From positions 1-28,321 of IMG/VR virus record IMGVR_UViG_3300024264_000133: DNA of 28,321 nt. One strand, given 5' to 3'. Origin of the DNA: a virus (taxonomy: Duplodnaviria; Caudoviricetes). The translations under genes and the position numbers were made by a program. The notes below the pieces were generated by a model that was given only the letters and a program-made list of their open reading frames with translations, ran no database searches and was not told where the DNA came from. The first letter of the stretch is position 1, and each line of letters starts with the position of its first letter. This document shows, in pieces, positions 9,701-17,098 of this stretch.

Positions 9701-10512
9701 GAGCCACTTCTTTGTGCTGTTGTACCTGAAGGAACTTTTACTGAATCTGTACCGCTTAGTGTTAAATTCTGGAAAGTGGGACTTGTAGATGTCGCAACAT
9801 CTTGTCCAATAGAGATAGCTCCGTTTGATACAGTAACTCCAGTACTTCCTGAAAGTCTACCATCAATTGCTGAGTTTGCTCTTGCTGTTGTAAAGTATAA
9901 ATTTGTAGAGCCTTCGCTTAAGTCGTCTGTGTCTGCTGCTGCGATACGTGCATCTGCTCTTGCATCTGTGTAGTATAAGTTTGTGTTTTCTGCAATGTTT
10001 GCTGTTGTTAGAACAACTACTCCAGTTGCACTGTTTACAGACTCTACGCCTCCGCCTACATCTGCCCAAGCTGAGCCATTGTATATTTCAGGCTTACTTG
10101 TAGTAGTATTAAATCTTAGTTGTCCTTGTGCTGCTGTTGGTCTTTGTGCTGTTGTACCAACTGGTATTTGTAATGACCCAGTAGTATTGATTATTAAATC
10201 ACCAGTCATTGTTCCACCAGCAAGTGCCAGTTTAGTTGCTATACTGTTTGTTACTGTAGTACTAAAACTCGCATCATCCCCGATTGCAGCTGCTAATTCA
10301 TTGAGTGTATTCAGTGCGCTTGGTGAACTATCTACAAGAGCAGCTATTTCTTGCTGTACGAAAGCTGTTGAAGCTACTGTAGTATCATTATCTCCAGTAC
10401 TCGCTGTTGCAACAGTAATTGTAACTCCTGATAAATCAAGGGTGCTGCTAAGCTTGGCTGCTGTTATTGCGCCATCTGCTATATATAATCCTGGTACTGT
10501 TGTTTTTGCCAT
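6715..10512 (-). CDS. Modular tail fibre protein (1265 aa) with C-terminal peptidase S74 intramolecular chaperone
   Basis: Two TLNELAAA(I/L)GDD modules, two GTTAQR...LR(F/Y)N modules, two VF..GVYQPKS.Y beta-rich repeats. C-terminus SDRRMKENI...GVIAQEL...VDYGKL..YLIKAMQEQQ is the S74 signature, as in T5 pb1 and K1F endosialidase. Confidence 0.92.
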   Translation of the reverse strand: MAKTTVPGLYIADGAITAAKLSSTLDLSGVTITVATASTGDNDTTVASTAFVQQEIAALVDSSPSALNTLNELAAAIGDDASFSTTVTNSIATKLALAGGTMTGDLIINTTGSLQIPVGTTAQRPTAAQGQLRFNTTTSKPEIYNGSAWADVGGGVESVNSATGVVVLTTANIAENTNLYYTDARADARIAAADTDDLSEGSTNLYFTTARANSAIDGRLSGSTGVTVSNGAISIGQDVATSTSPTFQNLTLSGTDSVKVPSGTTAQRSGSPANGMLRYNSSTNEFEGYANSAWGAIGGDTTSSVDLYTATGNGSTATYDTGKNPQSENNTWVFIGGVYQPKSTYSFSGTEITLSENLPNGEDLEVITGTVSTYNPTDAILGQYNVTTSNTASYDTSLTTENENNVFVFVDGVYQPKSSYTYSGSTLTLDAVPTSGMSLEVLVTRSMNAATVTTGFLADDAVTTAKITDANVTAAKLASSLDLTGKTVTVATASAGDNDTSVASTAFVRQEITSLVDSAPAAMDTLNELAAALGDDANFSTTVNASIAAKLPLAGGTMTGDLSFGDNVRLEVGSAVGGDLQIYHDGSNSFIDETGTGNLLIRAGNLQLQRASGTQNFLAANTGAEVILYHAGNPKLATTSTGIDVTGTATMDGLTVQASSSATLKLESTTTTLSTGESLGGIDFYSNDDSNVGVKARINTYSEDTVGSTSLRFKTTTGFSTALKDRLNIASNGDISFYEDTGSTAKFFWDASAERLGIGTSSPATQFHIVNADDAVARIESNGSESSDDARLEIKTTNGTFTIQNDRSLGTSGALTFAGNTSDNLVIDHNSGNVGIGTSSPNAPLEINGGTAMSGGWGRSLLLRHNFPVMVFQSEYSTDAYAGIGYDNTTGMQFMVNSPTIDLFANSQTPAMIILDNKNVGIGITDPDQALEIGAGGKLKLSRADNARSMMLFTDNDNATIQSDTDPLLIQSANRITFNTNGANERMRIHTSGCVGIGSTADRSIGTNITTTVINGSVGGGLWLSAGDSSATSSFIYSFLNGSVGRLIINQGTGVGGGDIHFTFNESSTPTMILQSNKNVLIGDMTSDFITYGKLQVAGGGYTAGFGGIVGFFDTDVSVASSNLIQLLQFKNDTDATGGQFIRFSDSNSTMGSVSAASGTTVSYNTSSDRRMKENIVDASSQLDVINNIQIREFDWIKNGHHEVGVIAQELNEVIPNVVQEGGEDVNEEPWGVDYGKLTPYLIKAMQEQQTIIDDLKARLDEAGL

Positions 10513-10584
10513 TTATCCTTCCAATATTTCTATTCTTGATTTTAAATCGTCTATTATTGTTTGTTGTTCTTGTATAGCTTTCAT
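10513..10584 (-). CDS. 23-aa mini-ORF MKAIQEQQTIIDDLKSRIEILEG, copy of the S74 chaperone C-terminal coiled coil
   Basis: ATG at 10584, two bases after the TAA of 10587..14282; its TAA abuts the ATG at 10512. 10540-10572 is identical to 6742-6774. Translation is not proven. Confidence 0.6.
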   Translation of the reverse strand: MKAIQEQQTIIDDLKSRIEILEG

Positions 10585-10586
10585 AA

Positions 10587-13500
10587 TTAACCTAATAAAT
10601 AACCTTTAAACCAAGTATGATTATTATTTGCTAAAATTGTTACACTTGTAGAACCTGAATAATAAGGATGATATCTTACTTCATCTCCAGCACTTAACTT
10701 AACTATATGTGTTGTAGAAATAAACAAATCACCATCATTGCCCATCATATCTGTATAATCTGCTCTAGCACCATTAACAGCCAACCATGCTTGACTCCAA
10801 TTAGTACCAGCAGTACCACTGTAAACAGAGCCTTGAATTAAATATGTTCCATCTACTGGTGCAGTAAATATACCTGTAGTGACATTAAAATCGCCGCCTA
10901 TATCGTATATCTCGCTATTATATCTAACACCATCTCCATAAGAACCACTTGCATTGTAACCTGTTTGATTTCCACTTCTTCTTGCTAAAAAATTACATTG
11001 TGTAGGTTTTGTTACGTTGCCATCGCTGTGAATACGCATTGTTTGTTTAAAAGTATTAGCACCACTACGATTTTCAAAAACAATTTGATTACCATCAGCA
11101 CCTGCTCCATAAGCCTTTAATACGACACTTCCACCATATTGGTCTACAGCATTACCCCCTAAATATATTGAAGCACCTGAACTGCTATTATCTGCAAAAG
11201 TAGGAGTAGTTATAGATTCACCATTAACAACACCAGCAGTTAAAAATAATCCTTGTGAACCTGTTGGTGCAAGAGACCTACTTATTACAGGAGTTGTACT
11301 TGCACTTGCTCCAACATGCACAACACCTCTAACATCAAGTTGTGTCACAGGACTATCAGTTCCAATTCCAACTTTGCCTGAAGTGTCTATGACTAATCTC
11401 TCTGTTCCTGCTGTATGACTATAAATTGCAAATTTATCGTTAGTTTGACAGTTTAAATCCCAATCATGAGCATCATTTTTTAATCTTAAAGAAGCACTTG
11501 AGTTAGTTCCAGCTTGTATAGTTATGCCTTTGTTACCTGACGGATTACTTGTCCCAATTTGAACATTGCCATCAGAAAGAATACGCATTCTTTCTAATGA
11601 GTTTGTATAGAAAGCAGCATATGCACCTGTGCCTGTTTCTGTAGCAGCACCTATGGCTAAACTTCCGCCACCTATTCTGTAGATAAAAGGACTATCCTGA
11701 TTAGTTGGAAAAGCACCTGATTTAAATAATACAGTTCCTGATGAGTCTATTCTCATTGATTCTGTACCACCAGTAAATAATCTTAAATCTCCATTAGGAA
11801 TAACTATAGCTGGAGTGTTTTCATTAAGAGTTAAATTATTTTCAATTTGAACCTCACCATTAACATGAAGCGTTTTTGAAGGACTATCAGTTCCAATTCC
11901 AACTTTGCCTGATGAGTCTATTCTAAGTCTTTCTGTTAAAGCTGTTGCAGAAACACTTGCTCTAGTTGAAAAGCATAAATCTCCTACTGTATTAGTAGAA
12001 CCATCTAGAACATGACCTTTAATAGCTGCAAAAGGCGTTTTATTTCCAAAAGTAGTACCAAAAGCTACAGCACCACCACTACCTGCTGCATTAGCGGTAG
12101 CTCTTAAATATAAAGTAGCTCCGTGATTTCCTGAGTCTGTAAGGTTTGCTGTGTCTTGGTCAAGACCTTCAATATATGTTTTGTAAGAATTTGTAAATAT
12201 ACTCGTTCCAATTCCAATATTTTCATTACTATCAATTGTTATAGCTGTAGCATCTGCATTATCATCAATACCTGTTGAGGTAAACCCTGTAAGAGTTCCA
12301 ACACTTGTAATATTGGGCTGTGCTGATGTAGATAAAGTTGCTGTTAGATTTCCAAAAAATTGAGCAGTACCATCACTAAATAATGTAAAGTCTGTTTGCC
12401 CTTGTCTGCCTATTCTAAAATCATCTTGAGATACATCAAGTCTATAAAATTCATAAGTACTATCATAGTCTGCTGCGGTATCTAATCGAATTTCTCCCCC
12501 TTCAGCACTTCCAGTAGCTCCACCACTAATTTCTATAATTGCAGCGTTATTATCTTCTGTTCCAATAACTAAATTTCCTGTAGTTGTTAATCCTGTAAGC
12601 GTACCAACGCTTGTAATATTAGGTTGTGCTGCTGTTCCTATTGTAGCGTCCACTGTCTTATTAAAAACAAACTTATCCCCTGAAGAAGCATATAGAAGTG
12701 TAGCACTTGCTCCATCTATCGTAAGACCTGCACCATTCGCTGCGGCTGCATTTGCTGCTCCACTTGCTAATGTTAAATTTAGATCGTCTACTGACATAGA
12801 AGTAGAGTTAATTATTGTCTGTGTTCCATCTACTTGTAAGTTACCTGCAATAACAACTGTTCCTGTGTTATTTCCAACTCCTGCAGGGTCAATCGTAAAA
12901 GAAGCCGGCCCAGCTATGTAACCACCTACAGTTAAGTTACTTGTTAAACTTACGCTGTCTGGTAGTCCTACTGTTACTGTTTGGCCAGACACAGAAGTAT
13001 TTACTTCGTTTGCTGTTCCTGAAACTGTAAGAGTTTGGCTTGTATTTACTGTACCTGTTCCACTATCTCCTGCTAAACCTGTCTCAAAATCTTTTCCATC
13101 AACGTAATCTTTTACTGCTGCTGAAGTAGGTAAAGTAGTATCATTATCGTTTGAAGATATACCTTCTGATTCTGTTACAAATACTGCGTCAGCAATCTTA
13201 TCTAAAGTTACTGCGTCATTTGCTATCTTTGCTGTAGTAACATTTGCATCAGCTATCTTTGCTGTAGTAACATTTGCATCAGCTATCTTTGCTGTTGTTA
13301 CTGCACTACTTACTAGTTTAGCACCTGTAACACTATCATCAGCCATTGAAGCTGTTACAACAGAACCTGCTGCTGGAGTATTGACAGTTGTAGAAGTTAA
13401 CATTACGACTTCTATATTTGCTGTACCAGTTGGGGGCGCACTGCTAAATGTTAGAGTAGTACCGCTTACACTATATGTTGTTTTTTGTTGATATACACCA

Positions 13501-14282
13501 TCTATATAAACTTGAGTATTGTTTTCATTTCCTGGATTATTAGAGAGTGTAAAAGCTGTTGTACTCCCGTTACCATCAAAGTTACTTATAAGTACACTTT
13601 CTCCACTATATACATCGCCTATTACATATATAACTACATTATTTGTTCCAGATATTGGAGCAGTATCAAAAGTTATGTCTGTACCACTTATTGTATAAGC
13701 GTCTTGATTTTGAAATACACCATTAATAAATGCTATAATCTTTGACTCTGCACTCGGTGTACTAGAAAGTGTAAAAGTTGCTGTACTACCGTTACCACTT
13801 GCTATATTAGTAGCAAAAGCATTTGCAGAAGCAGCTCCTCCTGTTGGAGTCTCAAAAGTAAGAGTACCGCTACCATCTGTAGTTAGTACTTGGCCGTCTG
13901 TTCCGTCTGTAACGTTAAGCTCAGAGATACCTACAGCGTTTGCCGCAATTTCTGTAGATGTTACTGAGTTGGCTGATAAGCCTGAGATTGTTGCTGTAGA
14001 AGCACTTGTTATTCTTCCATCTGCATCGATAGTAATAACTGGTATGGCACTTGTAGACCCATAAGAACCTGCTGTTACTGCTGTTGAAGCTAGTTCTGTA
14101 GGGCCGATTGAATTTGCTCCTACTTCCCCTATTGTAACTATTGATTCTGTTCCACTTACATCTTTCTTAATAAATAACTTACCATCATAAGTATTAATGG
14201 CGATTTCGCCAAGTGCTAAAGAAGATGTTGAAGGTACTGCATTTTGAGTTGCAGACCTTTTTAATTTAATCGTTTGTGCCAT
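10587..14282 (-). CDS. Modular tail fibre protein (1231 aa) with C-terminal C1q-like domain
   Basis: N-terminus IKLKRS...P....LALGEIAIN..DGKLF resembles the T4 gp37 N-terminus. Two GNGST..FTL...V.Q...Y..SGT repeats, VTTAKIADAN repeats and GIG linkers. C-terminal YDIGGDFN..TGIFTAPVDGTY...VKLSAGDEV...FKGYLL is C1q-like. Confidence 0.9.
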   Translation of the reverse strand: MAQTIKLKRSATQNAVPSTSSLALGEIAINTYDGKLFIKKDVSGTESIVTIGEVGANSIGPTELASTAVTAGSYGSTSAIPVITIDADGRITSASTATISGLSANSVTSTEIAANAVGISELNVTDGTDGQVLTTDGSGTLTFETPTGGAASANAFATNIASGNGSTATFTLSSTPSAESKIIAFINGVFQNQDAYTISGTDITFDTAPISGTNNVVIYVIGDVYSGESVLISNFDGNGSTTAFTLSNNPGNENNTQVYIDGVYQQKTTYSVSGTTLTFSSAPPTGTANIEVVMLTSTTVNTPAAGSVVTASMADDSVTGAKLVSSAVTTAKIADANVTTAKIADANVTTAKIANDAVTLDKIADAVFVTESEGISSNDNDTTLPTSAAVKDYVDGKDFETGLAGDSGTGTVNTSQTLTVSGTANEVNTSVSGQTVTVGLPDSVSLTSNLTVGGYIAGPASFTIDPAGVGNNTGTVVIAGNLQVDGTQTIINSTSMSVDDLNLTLASGAANAAAANGAGLTIDGASATLLYASSGDKFVFNKTVDATIGTAAQPNITSVGTLTGLTTTGNLVIGTEDNNAAIIEISGGATGSAEGGEIRLDTAADYDSTYEFYRLDVSQDDFRIGRQGQTDFTLFSDGTAQFFGNLTATLSTSAQPNITSVGTLTGFTSTGIDDNADATAITIDSNENIGIGTSIFTNSYKTYIEGLDQDTANLTDSGNHGATLYLRATANAAGSGGAVAFGTTFGNKTPFAAIKGHVLDGSTNTVGDLCFSTRASVSATALTERLRIDSSGKVGIGTDSPSKTLHVNGEVQIENNLTLNENTPAIVIPNGDLRLFTGGTESMRIDSSGTVLFKSGAFPTNQDSPFIYRIGGGSLAIGAATETGTGAYAAFYTNSLERMRILSDGNVQIGTSNPSGNKGITIQAGTNSSASLRLKNDAHDWDLNCQTNDKFAIYSHTAGTERLVIDTSGKVGIGTDSPVTQLDVRGVVHVGASASTTPVISRSLAPTGSQGLFLTAGVVNGESITTPTFADNSSSGASIYLGGNAVDQYGGSVVLKAYGAGADGNQIVFENRSGANTFKQTMRIHSDGNVTKPTQCNFLARRSGNQTGYNASGSYGDGVRYNSEIYDIGGDFNVTTGIFTAPVDGTYLIQGSVYSGTAGTNWSQAWLAVNGARADYTDMMGNDGDLFISTTHIVKLSAGDEVRYHPYYSGSTSVTILANNNHTWFKGYLLG
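13222..13295 (-). repeat. Perfect 30-bp tandem repeat (about 2.5 copies) encoding VTTAKIADAN
   Basis: gctatctttgctgtagtaacatttgcatca at 13222 and 13252, with a partial copy at 13282. Confidence 0.95.
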
Positions 14283-14304
14283 ATTTATGGATTTCCTTTT
14301 CTAT

Positions 14305-14316
14305 GCGTATATACGC
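14305..14316. promoter_or_regulatory. Perfect 12-bp palindrome GCGTATATACGC in the intergenic gap
   Basis: Lies in the 46-bp gap upstream of the 1231-aa fibre. Flanking TTTCC/GGAAA could extend the stem over the AAGGA SD. Confidence 0.5.
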
Positions 14317-14328
14317 GGAAACTAATTA

Positions 14329-15936
14329 TTAGGAGAATGTTCCTCCATCTATTGTGTTTGTCCAAGTAACTGTACTGTTTGCTCCGACTTGTAACATTTG
14401 TCCTACACTATTTGTAGAATCATATGTTCCAATTGTTAGTCTTTGATAACCAGTATTTGCTCCATTTGTATTACCAAATATTAAGTCACCAGTTGCTGTT
14501 TGTGTAATACCTTTAATTCTTAAAGCATCTGAACTTATTTCTAATGATTGTCCATCTACTTCTACATCAAGAGTATTTCCAGTCTTGGTCATACCTGTAC
14601 CAGCAGTTATTTGACCAGCACCTGAGAATTGAGCAAAAGCAAGAGCAGTTGAACCTACTGTAATACTTCCATCTGTTGTTAGTACAAAACCACTATCAGC
14701 ATTTACGCTACCTTCTGTTACGAAAGTAAACATACCTGAAGTAACTTCTGCATTAGCATCAGCATCTGTAGCTCTTGTCATTGCAGAGCCAGAACCATTA
14801 AATACGTAAATACCGTTTTCTGCGCCTGAAGATTGGTCTTTTACAAGTACTCTGTCATCACTAGAAAGAGTTACACCATCGATTGCTGCTGGTGCGCTTG
14901 ATAAAGAAATATTTGAACCTGTAGTAGCAACTCTTACCGAGTCTTTAAAGTCTAAACCAACTTTAACTGCATCTACATATTCTTTTGATACTAAAGAAGT
15001 GGCTCCAAAACCTGATCTATCTTTATATCCTGATGGAACTGTTACTGTTCCTGTACCATTTGGTGAAAGTGTTAAATTACCGTTTGAATTTGTTGTAGAA
15101 ATATCATTACCATTTACAGTAACGTTGTCTACTGCTAATGAAGTAACTCCTGTTATATCTCCACTGCTTATACTTGCTGTACCGTCTGTAAATGTTGTAG
15201 CAGTAATTGTAGTACCTGTTATAGCTGCTGCACTAGCGCCGCCTATAACTGCACCATCAATAGTACCACCATTAATATCTACAGTAGTTACTGAACCACC
15301 GTTTGATACTGTAGCACCTGCAAAGTTTATTGTACCTGTGCCTGTTAAATTTGTGAATGTACCTGCTGCTGCAGAAGACCCACCAATAGTAGCACCATCA
15401 ATAGTGCCTCCATTAATATCAAAGTTTGTACCTTCTATTTCTACAGAACCTGCTTCAAGTTTTTTACCTAATGTTATTTTTTCAGCAGAGTTTGTGGAAT
15501 CAAATGTTAAATATGAAGTAACACCTTCTTTGATAGCAAATGCATTTGCATTGTTATCAATCATAACAATTTCTGTAGCTTGGCTGCTTACATCAATAGA
15601 ACCACCTGTTAAGTCTAAATCTAAATCAGCTGCTGCAACTATTTGAACATTTCCTGAACCGGCAGTAATAGAGTTAGCACCTATAGTAAGGTTTGCTGTT
15701 TTTAACTGGTCTATTTTACTACTTGAGTCTACAATGATTGCTGAACTAGCAGTTAAAGTACCTGCTGTATGGTCGAGCATATTTACAAATAACTCACCAC
15801 CTATGATATCGTTAGCAGAGCCGTCACCTATAAATAGTTTACTGGAATTAAACGAATAGGCTAGTTCACCCGCAGCTAGGGCGCTACCAGGAGCTGCCGC
15901 GCTACTACTTCTTTTGATTTTGATTGTTTGTGCCAT
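14329..15936 (-). CDS. Fibre-like virion structural protein (535 aa)
   Basis: MAQTIKIKRS...LAAGELAY N-terminus is paralogous to the 1231-aa gene. Two DINGGTIDGA.IGG repeats. DFKDSVRVATT...IDGVTL...DRVLVKDQ...ENGIY domain is common in phage fibre proteins. Confidence 0.85.
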   Translation of the reverse strand: MAQTIKIKRSSSAAAPGSALAAGELAYSFNSSKLFIGDGSANDIIGGELFVNMLDHTAGTLTASSAIIVDSSSKIDQLKTANLTIGANSITAGSGNVQIVAAADLDLDLTGGSIDVSSQATEIVMIDNNANAFAIKEGVTSYLTFDSTNSAEKITLGKKLEAGSVEIEGTNFDINGGTIDGATIGGSSAAAGTFTNLTGTGTINFAGATVSNGGSVTTVDINGGTIDGAVIGGASAAAITGTTITATTFTDGTASISSGDITGVTSLAVDNVTVNGNDISTTNSNGNLTLSPNGTGTVTVPSGYKDRSGFGATSLVSKEYVDAVKVGLDFKDSVRVATTGSNISLSSAPAAIDGVTLSSDDRVLVKDQSSGAENGIYVFNGSGSAMTRATDADANAEVTSGMFTFVTEGSVNADSGFVLTTDGSITVGSTALAFAQFSGAGQITAGTGMTKTGNTLDVEVDGQSLEISSDALRIKGITQTATGDLIFGNTNGANTGYQRLTIGTYDSTNSVGQMLQVGANSTVTWTNTIDGGTFS

Positions 15937-15956
15937 AATATTTTCCTATTTGACTT

Positions 15957-16355
15957 CTAGAACTGTCCTCCGTCTAGATTGTCCATTGTATCCGTTGCTG
16001 CGGCAAGGGGTACGAATTCAAAGTTATTAGTGGAAGTTTCTCTATATACTTTTAGCTGATCATTACCAGTATCGTACCATAAATCACCTTCTCCTAATGA
16101 AGCCCCTGAAGGGGTTGTTGATTGTCTAAAAAATTGGTCTGCAAGATGGTTAATAGCTGCTTGAAGCGAACCGCCACCAAAAGACCCGTGAGCGTCTGCT
16201 GTTATTTCTGCTGCAGAGGCTAATACTCCTGTAACCAGTGCCAGACTTGTTTGCACAGTTATAGGGTTGTCTGTTTGATTTACTGTAACATTAGTATTAG
16301 TTTCGTTTACTGTTACGAAAGTCGGCTCTTCATTAACCGTTACTGTAATAGCCAT
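15957..16355 (-). CDS. Putative virion structural or adaptor protein (132 aa)
   Basis: Tightly packed ORF. P......EGDLWYDT....LKVY motif; C-terminal LDGGQF echoes IDGGTF at the end of the 535-aa gene. Confidence 0.75.
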   Translation of the reverse strand: MAITVTVNEEPTFVTVNETNTNVTVNQTDNPITVQTSLALVTGVLASAAEITADAHGSFGGGSLQAAINHLADQFFRQSTTPSGASLGEGDLWYDTGNDQLKVYRETSTNNFEFVPLAAATDTMDNLDGGQF

Positions 16356-16356
16356 G

Positions 16357-16692
16357 TTATCTTGTTACTTCTGGAGTTACTGTTACGTTACCCTGTAATA
16401 AACGAGTAACAACTCCAGTACCTGACTCAATTTCTAAGTCGTATACATATATTCCTTCTTCAATAGAAGATGTAGTACTTGCACTGGCTTGTAGACGTAT
16501 TATACCGCCTGAAGCGTTAGCAATACTGCAAGTTACAGTAAGTAGTACGGTCGTAGAATCATGCGTACCTCTAACTTGCATTCTTGGAGTATATCCTGTC
16601 AAATCCATAGCCGAGCCACTTTCCTGTACTGTAACAGTTCTATCTAATGTTGCTCCCTGTTCTAATGTGAAATTGTAGCTTCCTGCTGACAT
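16357..16692 (-). CDS. Putative side-fibre collar or attachment protein (T5 p132-like beta sandwich, 111 aa)
   Basis: GGAGG SD. EQGAT...DLTGYT.RMQVR...YVYDLEI...VTRLLQG.V.VTPEVTR motif. Position between tail-tip and fibre genes matches T5 order pb3-pb4-p132-pb1. Confidence 0.75.
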   Translation of the reverse strand: MSAGSYNFTLEQGATLDRTVTVQESGSAMDLTGYTPRMQVRGTHDSTTVLLTVTCSIANASGGIIRLQASASTTSSIEEGIYVYDLEIESGTGVVTRLLQGNVTVTPEVTR

Positions 16693-16716
16693 ATCTTTTA
16701 TACCTCCAATGTCTTA

Positions 16717-16746
16717 ATTATACCAAATTTTATAACCTCTTGTCAA
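16717..16746 (-). promoter_or_regulatory. Consensus sigma70 promoter
   Basis: Minus strand: TTGACA (16746-16741), 18-bp spacer ending TGG, TATAAT (16722-16717). A-tract upstream; GGAGG SD downstream. Confidence 0.88.
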
Positions 16747-16771
16747 GAACTGTTTTTTGAACCTATGTAGG

Positions 16772-17098
16772 CTAAGCATCTGTTTCCTCATATGTTACAA
16801 TTATATCTAATGAATTATCAACATTTGATAATGCACTAAGGTAATCAGTTGGATTCATAGTTAAAGTATTTGAATTACTTATATAACTAACTGTATCTCC
16901 TGAATTTATTACACCACTATCAACTAAAGCTATGATAGATGATGATGATGAATTGTAATACTTAAGTTTTAAATCAGTAACATCTTTTGTTCCTGTTATA
17001 CTAAATCTCGATATTGTTGTTTCTTTGCCTGTAGGGCAAGTATAAACAGTTGTTTCTGTTGTCCCAACTCCTGTTGTTGCTGTTGTAATTTTGCTCAT
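16772..17098 (-). CDS. Hypothetical small virion protein (108 aa)
   Basis: ATGA overlap with the upstream gene; Thr/Ser-rich beta-type sequence with TVYTCP motif. Confidence 0.75.
   Translation of the reverse strand: MSKITTATTGVGTTETTVYTCPTGKETTISRFSITGTKDVTDLKLKYYNSSSSSIIALVDSGVINSGDTVSYISNSNTLTMNPTDYLSALSNVDNSLDIIVTYEETDA

Larger units (their letters stand above)
767..12217 (-). repeat. Dispersed direct repeat TCCAATTCCAA (14 exact copies) within fibre genes
   Basis: Copies start at 767, 1244, 1481, 2927, 3194, 3722, 5580, 5868, 6120, 7744, 8002, 11361, 11892 and 12207; found by eye. Confidence 0.9.

Noticed and set aside
2432-10584. Diversity-generating retroelement template/variable repeat pair
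   Set aside because: Repeats are short and identical rather than differing at adenines, and no reverse transcriptase is in the window.
10585-10612. Programmed -1 frameshift joining the 1231-aa fibre to its mini-ORF
   Set aside because: No canonical X XXY YYZ slippery site in the short stretch where the -1 frame is open.
767-12217. CRISPR array or shufflon reading of the TCCAATTCCAA repeats
   Set aside because: Spacing is irregular (hundreds to thousands of bp), copies are in-frame coding and all direct, and no cas gene or invertase is present in the window.
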